A stretch of 64,000 nt of DNA from an uncultured delta proteobacterium. Its GTDB lineage: Bacteria; Desulfobacterota; Desulfobacteria; Desulfobacterales; UBA2156. The translations under genes and the position numbers were made by a program. The notes under the pieces were generated by a model. It did no database searches, was not told where the DNA came from, and was given only the letters and a program-made list of their open reading frames with translations. Shown here one piece after another: positions 1 through 9,174 of the stretch; positions within the stretch are counted from its first letter, which is position 1, and every line of letters begins with the position of its first letter. The stretch is from contig CAVTQK010000021.1 of NCBI GenBank assembly GCA_963736855.1, positions 687,464 through 751,463 of the forward strand, read 5' to 3'.

Positions 1-347
1 TAGAGGCTTCCATGATTCAGGAGATCAGCCGGCATCCGGATTTCCCAGTGGCCGTCCGGATGTATGCGATTTAAGGCAAACTCTTGCTTTTCAGACCAGC
101 CGGTTAAATCCCCGATAAGATAGACCGCCTCGGCATGGGGCGCCCACTCCCTAAAAATCCACTCTCCTTTTCTGAAATGCAGCCCAAAATATTCATGCCC
201 GGCGGCAAAATCGATCAGAAGCGATTTTTTCTGGGTGAGCTCGATTTCTTTCTGAAGGACGGCTTCGCTGCGCTTTCTTAAGTGTTCCTCGAAGGGCTTT
301 AAGTAAGGATCTTTTTTCAGCAGCAGGGCGCTTTGAGGCTCTTTCAT
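1..347 (-). CDS. glgB: 1,4-alpha-glucan branching enzyme, N-terminal part only (gene runs off the window start)
   Basis: Open at the window edge, so absent from the ORF track. Reverse-strand translation from ATG 347: MKEPQSALLLKKDPYLKPFEEHLRKR...GHEYFGLHFRKGEWIFREWAPHAEAVYLIGDLTGWSEK...HPDGHWEI. The DPYLKPF / EWAP / GD.(T/N)GW string matches the N-terminus of eukaryote-type (GBE1-like) GH13 branching enzymes. The start codon abuts the glgA stop (348-350). Confidence 0.7.
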   Translation of the reverse strand, partial: MKEPQSALLLKKDPYLKPFEEHLRKRSEAVLQKEIELTQKKSLLIDFAAGHEYFGLHFRKGEWIFREWAPHAEAVYLIGDLTGWSEKQEFALNRIHPDGHWEIRMPADLLNHGSL

Positions 348-1869
348 TTACGCGTACGGGTTGATCAGGGGACGTTGGAGCATCTTTTCATAAAGTGCGA
401 TGTATTGACGTGCGCTTTCCGCATGGGTGAATGTCTCGGCACTCTCCTTCATGATCCTTTGCAATTGCTTTTTCTTTTGGCGTGTATCCATGACAAAGAA
501 ATTCATGGCCTGATCGATGGCCCAGAGCAATCCGTTGGCATCATAGGTTTCGAACAGAAAGCCGTTTCCGGTGCTCTGCTCCGGGTTCAGATGAACAAGT
601 GTATCCCGAATCCCGCCGGTCTTGTGGGCTACGGGCAGAGAACCGTAGATGGGAGCGATCATCTGGGGAAGTCCGCAGGGTTCAAACAGGGACGGCATCA
701 GGATGAAGTCCGAAGCCGCATAACCCAGATGTTCCAGGCGCTCGGAAAAATCACAGACCGAAACACGCCGCTCAAAGCCATGGAATGCTGTAATCCCTCT
801 GAACACCTGCTGAAAGTCTCCGTTGGCCACAAAAAGGATCTCCAGGTTCTTATCCCAGTATTTCGAGATCACATGGTAGAAAATGTCCGCCAGGAGTCGG
901 CACCCTTTTTGAATGGGGTCCAGCCGGGAGGGCCAGAAAAACAGTGGGGCGTTTTCATCCTCGATGAGTCCCAGCATCTTCTGCAATGCCGTTTTGTTTT
1001 TCTTCTTTCCGGTGATGCAGTCTTTGGGAGTATAGGTTCTGACCAGGTAGGGATCGGCCTTGGAGTTGAAGGCCGGATCCGGCGCGTTTAAAATGCCTAC
1101 TGCACAGCCGGCGTGATACTTGTGGGCCAACTCGGCACGCAGAGCGTTGGATACAAACGCGTGTCTTCCCTCTACAATTTCCCTGAGAAAGGACGGGCTG
1201 ACCACATTCACGAAATGGGCGGCAAATACACCGGTTGCGAGGAAGTCCACCCAGTTGTTTTCGCGCGCATTTTCATAGCTATGGGGCTGATGCTCGAAAT
1301 ACAGATGCTTCCAGAAATATGCCGCATCAATGCCGCGATCCTCGATGTGCGCCAACGTGCTTTTGACCGTATGAACATTGTGGATGGTAAACAAGCAGGG
1401 AATCCCCATCTGTCGGGCCATGGGGGGGATTAGCCCGGTCATCCAGTCGTTGCAGTGAATCAGGTCGGGCTCCACTCGGGGAACAACGTTGTTGATGACC
1501 TCTCTTTGGAACGCCAGAGAGAGTTTAGTGTTTTCCTGGCCGTAATCGGAATAGACGTGGTCCAGGTAAAAAAAAGCCCGATCCTCTGCGAGATGAACAC
1601 GGTCATCGGGCATGATCCTTCGAATCGCCCGTTGCTCCTCCTGTAAAAAAGGAGCCAGACGATCCTTGAACAGAGAACGATAATTCGGAAGTGCCACGTG
1701 GACATCGGCACCTTCTTGAGAAAAGCGCACTGATGAGGGCAGCCGACACATCGGCAAGCCCTCCCGCCTTGGCGGTCAAGCAGTTGGAAAGGTCTCCCAT
1801 CCGATCGGGAAGATAAGTAACCTCCGGGGTGACGATGAGGACCCTGGGGTTTTTAGGAGTCATCTGCAA
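348..1869 (-). CDS. glgA: glycogen synthase (GT5), reading frame broken once near 1715-1730
   Basis: ORF 348-1757 (QEGADVHVALPNY, LIHCNDWMTGLIP, FEPCGLPQM) lacks its N-terminus. The missing ~50 aa, including the KAGGLADV motif (MQMTPKNPRVLIVTPEVTYL...TAKAGGLADVSAALISALFS), lie in ORF 1603-1869, one frame away. AGGA sits 7 nt upstream of ATG 1869. Confidence 0.8.
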
Positions 1870-1888
1870 TTCCTATTCAGGCTATCGA

Positions 1889-4429
1889 CTACGCCCAACG
1901 GATGAGACCGGTCATGAATTTTTCGAGGTTATCCCCTTTTGGAAAAGCCCTTGCCGTAAAACCGAACCGCCCGGTTTCCTTACATTCCACGGAACATTGA
2001 TAAAAATACACTCTGTTGTCTCGGTTTTCAACCACCTGCATGGGCTCTCCCATTCCACCGACCACCTGGTCGGTTGACTTGAGATTGCCATAATAAAGCT
2101 CCACGACCACCTCTTCCGGAGTCAGCTCTCCCAGGTTCACCTCGCATACCACCTGGAGTTTCTCACCGACTCTGAGAGGCATCCCGGATTTCTGTACCGG
2201 CGGTTTGATCTGGACTTGACCCCACAGGGCCTGGAGTCGGTTTCGCTGTTTGACCTTCTGGCGTGCTCTCTCGCATCCGTCCGCCGTCAAGCTCCGAGAG
2301 TTATCCATAGCCGGCAGGTAAAACTGTGACTCGTACTTGTTCACCATACGATGGGTGCAGAACTCTGAGACAGCCATCTTCATGGACTCCTTCATCATCC
2401 CGATCCATCGTTTGGGCGCTTCTCCGTTTTTTCGCTCATAAAAACAGGGGATCACCTCATACTCCAGCAAATTGTAAAGGGCTCGGCTTTCCACCGAATC
2501 CTGATAAGTGAGATCCGCGTACTCCTCTCCGTGGCCGATGACCCAGCCTCTTTCCGGCCTAAACCCCTCGTTCCACCAACCGTCCAATATACTGACGTTC
2601 AAAACCCCATTGGCTGCCGCTTTCATACCGGAGGTCCCACTGGCCTCCAAGGGACGACGGGGGTTATTGAGCCATACATCGGCACCCTGAGTGAGGTGTC
2701 TGGAGATATAAATGTCATAATCCTCAAGGAATACGAAGCGGTTCCGAACAGAGGGACGCTGTGCAAACTGAAACAGTTCCTTGATGAAATTTTTCCCCTC
2801 ATCATCCTTGGGGTGAGCCTTTCCCGAAAAGATGAGCTGGACCGGATGTCGATCATTGTTTAACATTTTTTCCAGTCGATCCGGGTCTTTCAGAAGAAGG
2901 GTTGCCCTCTTATAGGCGGTGAAACGCCGGGCAAAGGCAATGGTTAGAATATCGGCGTCCAGAACCGACTCTGCTTGTTCCATGACGGCTCTGGGGGCGT
3001 TTCGGCGCGTGTGCTGGTAGATTAAGCGGTTTCTACAAAAGCGTACCAGACGGCTGCGGCTCAATTCCCGAGACCGCCAGAGTTCGTCGTCATATATGCC
3101 GTCGATACGGTGATACCGGTCGCTGTTCCAGGTTTTCAGGTACCATTCGGGACCCAGGTACCGATCAAAAAGCATGGCGTTTTCGATGGAAATCCATGAA
3201 GGAATGTGCACGCCGTTGGTGATGTGGGTAATGGGCACTTCATCCACTATCCAGCCGGGCCAGACATGGGACCACATACGTCGCGCCGTACGTCCGTGGA
3301 GTTCGCTGACGCCGTTTTTATACATGGACATGCGAAGGCCCAAAACGAACATGGACATTTTACCCGAAGGTTCTGATTGGCCCCAGGAAATGATTTGTTC
3401 TGCCTTAACCCCCAGGGACTCTTCCATGGGGATCATGTAAGGCTTCACTTCTTCAACCGGGAATTCGTCATGGCCGGCGGCTACCGGCGTGTGGGTGGTA
3501 AATACCGCTGTCCTGGCACCGATTTCCATGGCGGTAGCAAGATCCACGCCTCGCTGCGTCATGATTTGGCGCAGATGCTCGATGCCGGCAAACGCGGCAT
3601 GCCCTTCGTTCATATGGACCAGGGTGGGAATGATACCCATGGCTTCCAGCGCCCTAAGGCCTCCGAAACCCAACAGCACCTCCTGGGCCAGCCGGATAGT
3701 TGAATGACTTGCATACAACCTGGCGGTGATCTTCCGGATTTCCGGTGAATTTTCCGGAACATCCGTATCCAACAAAATCAAAGAGATGCGGCCGATCTGA
3801 ATATGCCATACGGCCGCAATAATCTTGCACTTCGCCCCGACCACAGAGATTCGGATTTCTTCCCCGTCTTTTCCCCGAACCCTTTCGATGGGCAGATGTG
3901 AAAGCTCAATGGCCGGATACTCTTCCTGTTGCCATCCTCCCTGGTCGAGAAACTGTCTGAAATACCCTTCCTGGTAAAGCAATCCCACACCGATGAGCGG
4001 AACCTTAAGGTCCGAAGCAGCCTTCAAGTGATCCCCGGCCAGTACCCCAAGACCCCCTGCAAAAAGCGGCATGCTTTCATGGATTCCGAATTCCATCGAC
4101 AGATAGGCGATGGTTTCTCCCTTATGATAGGGTTCACGATGGTTCTGCAGAATCGAATCGACCTCTTTGTTGAACTGATCTTTCACCCGATCCATATGGG
4201 CCATGAATGCATCGTCTTCGGCCAGTTCGTTCCAACGGGCCTGGGATATCAGGGAAAAAAAGGCGATCGGATTTCGATTCGACTTTCCCCAGAGTCCCTG
4301 GTCGATGCGACGGAAGAGTTCGATGGCATCCAGATGCCAGCACCACCACAGGTTTCGGGAAAGTGTCTCCAGAAAAGCCAGCGGTTCCGGCATGGCGGGA
4401 AAGACTTGAAACATTTGAAATCGGTTCAC
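1889..4429 (-). CDS. glgP: alpha-glucan phosphorylase (GT35, DUF3417-type N-terminus)
   Basis: 846-aa ORF. N-terminus LAFLETLSRNLWWCWHLDAIELFRRID is typical of the alpha-glucan family phosphorylases. GGLGVLAGDHLKAASDL and the EASGTSGMKAAANG pyridoxal-phosphate region are present. Confidence 0.9.
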   Translation of the reverse strand: MNRFQMFQVFPAMPEPLAFLETLSRNLWWCWHLDAIELFRRIDQGLWGKSNRNPIAFFSLISQARWNELAEDDAFMAHMDRVKDQFNKEVDSILQNHREPYHKGETIAYLSMEFGIHESMPLFAGGLGVLAGDHLKAASDLKVPLIGVGLLYQEGYFRQFLDQGGWQQEEYPAIELSHLPIERVRGKDGEEIRISVVGAKCKIIAAVWHIQIGRISLILLDTDVPENSPEIRKITARLYASHSTIRLAQEVLLGFGGLRALEAMGIIPTLVHMNEGHAAFAGIEHLRQIMTQRGVDLATAMEIGARTAVFTTHTPVAAGHDEFPVEEVKPYMIPMEESLGVKAEQIISWGQSEPSGKMSMFVLGLRMSMYKNGVSELHGRTARRMWSHVWPGWIVDEVPITHITNGVHIPSWISIENAMLFDRYLGPEWYLKTWNSDRYHRIDGIYDDELWRSRELSRSRLVRFCRNRLIYQHTRRNAPRAVMEQAESVLDADILTIAFARRFTAYKRATLLLKDPDRLEKMLNNDRHPVQLIFSGKAHPKDDEGKNFIKELFQFAQRPSVRNRFVFLEDYDIYISRHLTQGADVWLNNPRRPLEASGTSGMKAAANGVLNVSILDGWWNEGFRPERGWVIGHGEEYADLTYQDSVESRALYNLLEYEVIPCFYERKNGEAPKRWIGMMKESMKMAVSEFCTHRMVNKYESQFYLPAMDNSRSLTADGCERARQKVKQRNRLQALWGQVQIKPPVQKSGMPLRVGEKLQVVCEVNLGELTPEEVVVELYYGNLKSTDQVVGGMGEPMQVVENRDNRVYFYQCSVECKETGRFGFTARAFPKGDNLEKFMTGLIRWA

Positions 4430-4526
4430 GGTGAGATTTCCATCCTCCTGCTCAAAATTTTAAATTTATAATTTATCAGGTCTGCTTCGGATAAACAACC
4501 TTAAAAAAGGAGAAATCTAGCATGGA

Positions 4527-7500
4527 TTAAACCTCATTGAGTTTTACCCAGACGCGAACCCATTCGCTGATCCCCCATGCCTGCGCATCGCATCCGCGCT
4601 GGGCATGGGGGAAATCGCCGTCAACAATCTCCGGCATATGCCCGACACATCCCCGGTTCAACAGGCGCATGACACTTGAAAGCCAGGCTGCGGCAGCGGC
4701 TTTTCCCGTCTCTTGATAGACCATGGCATACGCTTCGCAAAAGGATGGAAACTGCCAGGTCCATCCTGTGCCGTTGTGATAGGCTGGCTTTCGCCGGGTG
4801 TCTTCATCCCCCTCGTATCGCCCCTGATAGGGCCGATGGGGATCGTTGAGCAGTCGGCCCTGATAAACAACGCTAAGGGGCCTTTCCAGTGTTCGATCCG
4901 CCAAGCTCCGGATAGCACCCGGCACCAGGAGCTCCCGACAGGCGTTCAGGGTCCCGACAGCAGTTTTTAGGTCTTGAACCAAGCCCAGGGTAATCGAAAA
5001 AAGCTGGTTGGGTCGAAGTGCATCGTCCTGTTCGGCGTGGTTAGCCCCTTTCCCCGGTTTCCCGTGAAGGCAATCGGATAGATATCCCTTTTCCTGGAGC
5101 GCAAATAACCGGTGAACGGAGGTGCGTACTTGCCGAGCCAAGTCCTTAAAGCGCTTTTTCTCTTTTGAAGGAGCGATTTGAAAAAGAAAGGCCAGGGCGG
5201 CATACCATAGCGCCTGGATCTCAATGGGATACCCTTGTCTCGGGGTCCCGGCCGGGTAATTGGTATCCATCCAGGTAAAATGAGCCGGGCTGAAAATCAA
5301 CCCGGTTTCATCATCCATCCGGATTCCGTTTGGCGTGCCCCGAATATAGGCCTTTGCAATGGAAAGTAAAATTTCTCTTACGGTTCTGTCCCCGCAGACC
5401 GTTTTCAGGAAACGAGAACTTTTTTCAGCCTGCATCAAATCCCTGCACGCCACGGCAAACCATAAGGGAGCATCCGACGTGTCCCGATTGGCCGGTCCTT
5501 GTTCACCGATCATGTTGGGCAGCGTCCCCTGGGACTCAAACCGGCCGAACTGATAGAGGATGGATCGTGCGGCATCGAGCATCCCAGCCGCAATGAGCCC
5601 ACGGCTGAAAATCAGGGAATCACGTCCCCAGTCCAGAAACCACGGATATCCAGCAATCACCGTCTTTCCCTGGTCCCTCTCGACGATATAATGATCCATG
5701 ATTCGGATCATTTGCCCCAACAGGCTTTTTTCTTTCAGATCCTGGCTGAGTTTCTCTTCTGTATTTTTGCGTAATATGTTCTCGCCACCCGAATCCGGCT
5801 TATTCTTTAAAGGTCCAGCCTCACCGATCAGCGTCACCCCCTGCCCGCCTTTGAGCTTGGCGGTAAAGTAACCCGGACTGAACAGATCGGAATTCGGATC
5901 CTGCCCGCGCTGAGCCTCCTGGAATCGATGAACCATATAGTGCCACTCCGGTTCGTGTACATAACGTCCGGAAAAAATTTTCATGGATAGAACATGGTGC
6001 CCGTCCGGCTGAAAAAGAAACCCTTCGGCTTGAGGCGTAACCGCCTGCGGCCAGTGGTGCTCAGGCCCCATAAAGGCCTTAATGACATCGTGGCAGGACC
6101 GGCTTTCGATGTCCGGCCTTAAAATGAGAGTCACCGGTTCGTCATCCGAAAGGCCGCCACCACCTTCCACGGATTGTTCCCTGATAATGACCATCCGGGT
6201 CTGGTTTTGACCGTCCAGCATGGAAAGTGCGATACGGACCGTTACATGCTTCCCCAAACCGGTGGGGACTTTAAATCGCCAAACGCCCTTGAATGGGTCC
6301 TCCAATCGAAATGAATCCATGCAGGTGGCGCTGATTTCCTGCGAGTAGTCCTGGAACACGATCCACCCCCGACACCGAGACCATAGGATCCATCGGTCCG
6401 AAGGTCGCTTTGGATTAAGGTTTGCCGCCAGAAGCGCATCGTATCGGCTGGTCAGCTTTCCCCATTCTACCGGAGCCCGCAGCATCCCACCGCAACCGTT
6501 CGTGGTCAAAAAATACGGGGGTGTGTTGAAGTCCAAATCCTTCCGCCGGAGCGCTATTTTCAAGGATGCTGCCTCCGGTCGACTCAGGTATAGCAAAGGA
6601 GCTTCCATCCGTTTGGCACCTTCCGGCAAATAGACGGAAAGGTGTAGTATGTACGGCATATGATGCCGGGGTGCAGGCAAGGGTGTAAAAAGGGCGAACC
6701 GGCCTCCGCCCGGACCCGGAAGGCTGTCTTCTACCGCCACCACGCGCATCCCCCGTTTGATCAGTACTCGGAAATGGGCCGGTGCCCAGACCAGCAGAAA
6801 ATGTCCCGGAGGAAGCATCACTTCCCGGTTAAGATCCTGGGGCCATCTCCAGGGAATGATCCGGGATTCGGTCTTTTGAGGGTTCAAGCTCCGACAAAAC
6901 TCCTCGGGATCTTTACGAAACTCCGCAACGGCTGCATCCACATTCATGTCACCCAGGTCCACATCCCCGTTAAAATGGTGCCACACATCAAGAACCTTTG
7001 CCCTCAGGCGTTGGAAAACGATGCGTTCCGGTTCCAGCAAGTTTTCTTTTCTCTCCGATTCAATGAGTGTGTGATCATCGAAATCATCGGAAAAACAAAG
7101 CACTTGACCCGGATCCAGGTCAAACTCGGCCCACTCCTCCCTGACCCGGATATGGACTTTTTTTCCGGTGAGCAAATCTAGAAGTGTGTCCCCTTTCATA
7201 GAGGCTTCGGCACGTTTCCACCGGGCGTAAGCGGATTTGTGATCGTCCAGGTTGGCCACAATCAAAAGCCTTTTATCTGTGGAGGGATGGAAGCGGCATA
7301 TAACAAGGCAGTTTCCTTGACCTCCTTGAATCATCCTCAGTCGGACGTCGTCGAAAAACGCGGGGTGCTTTCTGAGAATGCATGAAAGCCTTGCGATTTC
7401 CGCCGTCTGATTGGGAGAACCGCCCCAGTTAAGGGATCGGGCCTCATGGACGTCGATCTTTTCACGGGCATACCACTCTACACCATTGGCAAACGCAAAT

Positions 7501-8966
7501 CCGCCCTGGTGAGAAAGGAGGGCGCAGAGGGCTGTCCGCATCTTTGCCCAAACTGTGGATCGGGAGGCCAACCGGTTATTATCGTGAGTTTCCGCATAAT
7601 GGACCAGGATCCCATCGCTTTTTGAAATCTCGAATACACCGGGAAGATATCCCTCAATCTGATGTCGGTCGTAATTCTGGAAGAGTTCCGAATAAGCCCA
7701 ATTGAAATTGGCCAAATTGAGCAGATCACGGGTGACCGATATTTTACCACCCAATCCTTCAAGGAAGAAAAGAGAATCGGGAAACTGCTCCCGCACTACC
7801 GCCACCAGATATCTCCAGGCCGTCACCGAGATCATATACCCGGCATCGCATCGGAATCCGTCCACACCCCGCTGGCACCAGGTCAAGAAGACCCCGCCCA
7901 TGTATTCCCACAACCTCTTTTTGGAGTAATCCAGCTTGGTGAGATCTTCCCATTGCACACCCCAGGCGCCCGGTACCTCGATGAGGCCGTCTTCGGTGCG
8001 GCTCAGCCACTCCGGATGCGTATCATGAAGAATAGCCGCCCATCCGGTGTGATTGATGGCGATATCGAGGATCAGCTTAGCCCCCCGTGCATGGATGGCA
8101 TCGACAAGTTCCATAAATTGTTCCGTGGGTGTGGCCTTTGGATCGAATTTGGCCAGAGACGGATCTACTGTAGTAAAGCTCAGTGCAGCATACGGGCTTC
8201 CGAATCGCCCCATCCGTCTATAGGTTGTGGGGGTCGGGTTAATGGGAAGCAGTTGAATAAACCGGCATCCCAGCTCGCCGATGATGAAGTCAAGATGGGA
8301 AATCAAATCCCTGAAAGTCCCTGAAGGTGGAATGACCGAAAATCCCGCACGGTCCAGCCTCTGAACATCGGCATCCGCTTCCGGACTGAAAAAACCGCCG
8401 CTGATATTAGGCCCGAACTGGCGCACAAAGGCGTTGTAAATCGTGTTGGCACAGACCGTGTCGGCCGGTTCCACATTAACGGAGAGGTTGTCTCCTGCCG
8501 GCCAGACAGGATCCAGGGTCGATGCGGGAAGGAAAAACGCTTTGGCCTCGAAATGCCCCACTTCACAGATCGGGAGGGTGATTTTGAACCGACCGCCATC
8601 CAACGGCGTCATCGGAATATCGAACCAATCCTGGGCAAGAGGCGGCTCGTTGAAGTGCACCTCCCGGATGGTCTCCCTTCTCATTCTGTCGGCATGGCCG
8701 ATGTTGGTTCGCAGGTATGCCTTTCCTTGCTCAGGTCTTGGAAGGGTTAAGAAAACCATCAGGGTATCCCCCCTGAATTTAACCATCCGCGTACCCGGTG
8801 TGGGATCCTGTTCAACAAAAATCGGTTCCGGATTCACATTATCTCCCAATTCAAAGCGCTCTTTTCTCTTTGAAGGTGCTCCAAAAACATGCGTGAAAAC
8901 CTTATCATCCACTCTCTTTGATATCAAGAGTCCGGAATAATCTTCTGGAACCGATGCAAAACACAA
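4527..8966 (-). CDS. large glycogen debranching enzyme-like protein (GH13 transferase-like half + amylo-alpha-1,6-glucosidase half)
   Basis: 1479-aa ORF. The N-terminal half has GH13 catalytic regions (VDGFRCDAGY, YAETHDN). The C-terminal half has GDE_C-type strings (AGYPWFLDWGRDS, GYPIEIQALWY, YHNGTGWTWQ). Domain order and size resemble eukaryotic AGL-type debranchers. Confidence 0.75.
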   Translation of the reverse strand: MCFASVPEDYSGLLISKRVDDKVFTHVFGAPSKRKERFELGDNVNPEPIFVEQDPTPGTRMVKFRGDTLMVFLTLPRPEQGKAYLRTNIGHADRMRRETIREVHFNEPPLAQDWFDIPMTPLDGGRFKITLPICEVGHFEAKAFFLPASTLDPVWPAGDNLSVNVEPADTVCANTIYNAFVRQFGPNISGGFFSPEADADVQRLDRAGFSVIPPSGTFRDLISHLDFIIGELGCRFIQLLPINPTPTTYRRMGRFGSPYAALSFTTVDPSLAKFDPKATPTEQFMELVDAIHARGAKLILDIAINHTGWAAILHDTHPEWLSRTEDGLIEVPGAWGVQWEDLTKLDYSKKRLWEYMGGVFLTWCQRGVDGFRCDAGYMISVTAWRYLVAVVREQFPDSLFFLEGLGGKISVTRDLLNLANFNWAYSELFQNYDRHQIEGYLPGVFEISKSDGILVHYAETHDNNRLASRSTVWAKMRTALCALLSHQGGFAFANGVEWYAREKIDVHEARSLNWGGSPNQTAEIARLSCILRKHPAFFDDVRLRMIQGGQGNCLVICRFHPSTDKRLLIVANLDDHKSAYARWKRAEASMKGDTLLDLLTGKKVHIRVREEWAEFDLDPGQVLCFSDDFDDHTLIESERKENLLEPERIVFQRLRAKVLDVWHHFNGDVDLGDMNVDAAVAEFRKDPEEFCRSLNPQKTESRIIPWRWPQDLNREVMLPPGHFLLVWAPAHFRVLIKRGMRVVAVEDSLPGPGGGRFALFTPLPAPRHHMPYILHLSVYLPEGAKRMEAPLLYLSRPEAASLKIALRRKDLDFNTPPYFLTTNGCGGMLRAPVEWGKLTSRYDALLAANLNPKRPSDRWILWSRCRGWIVFQDYSQEISATCMDSFRLEDPFKGVWRFKVPTGLGKHVTVRIALSMLDGQNQTRMVIIREQSVEGGGGLSDDEPVTLILRPDIESRSCHDVIKAFMGPEHHWPQAVTPQAEGFLFQPDGHHVLSMKIFSGRYVHEPEWHYMVHRFQEAQRGQDPNSDLFSPGYFTAKLKGGQGVTLIGEAGPLKNKPDSGGENILRKNTEEKLSQDLKEKSLLGQMIRIMDHYIVERDQGKTVIAGYPWFLDWGRDSLIFSRGLIAAGMLDAARSILYQFGRFESQGTLPNMIGEQGPANRDTSDAPLWFAVACRDLMQAEKSSRFLKTVCGDRTVREILLSIAKAYIRGTPNGIRMDDETGLIFSPAHFTWMDTNYPAGTPRQGYPIEIQALWYAALAFLFQIAPSKEKKRFKDLARQVRTSVHRLFALQEKGYLSDCLHGKPGKGANHAEQDDALRPNQLFSITLGLVQDLKTAVGTLNACRELLVPGAIRSLADRTLERPLSVVYQGRLLNDPHRPYQGRYEGDEDTRRKPAYHNGTGWTWQFPSFCEAYAMVYQETGKAAAAAWLSSVMRLLNRGCVGHMPEIVDGDFPHAQRGCDAQAWGISEWVRVWVKLNEV

Positions 8967-9070
8967 TACAAGAAAAACGCTTGTTCATTTTTTCCGTTTT
9001 GACAGAATTTCAAGATAAGGAGTTGGCGGCATTTGACTCTAATAAATAATACGGGAAAGATTGATCAACG

Positions 9071-9160
9071 ATGACAAACCGAAGAGAGTTTCTCAAGGAG
9101 ATCCTTGCAAAGGGAGTGGTGATTCAGAAACGGGGGGCTTATGGATTTTCAATTTTCTAA
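9071..9160 (+). pseudogene. 29-codon stump of a Tat-exported protein (signal peptide only)
   Basis: ATG 9071: MTNRREFLKEILAKGVVIQKRGAYGFSIF*. NRREFLK fits the twin-arginine consensus (S/T)RRxFLK. The ORF stops 15 nt before the convergent LOG gene end. Confidence 0.3.
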
Positions 9161-9174
9161 AGGCAACTCTGCTT

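Noticed and set aside
333-1091. Long antisense or off-frame ORFs throughout the track. Examples are 333-1091 (+), 3929-4471 (+), 7662-8324 (+), 20691-21221 (+), 22404-23054 (+), 26093-26767 (+) and 28089-28955 (+). Further examples are 30631-31725 (+), 32610-33560 (+), 33694-34578 (+), 34721-35761 (+), 49819-50934 (-), 51280-51969 (-), 54440-55204 (-), 57222-58295 (+) and 60914-62083 (+).
   Set aside because: Each lies entirely inside a longer ORF on the other strand or frame that has clear family motifs. Their translations are Arg/Pro/Gly-rich shadow sequences typical of GC-rich antisense frames.
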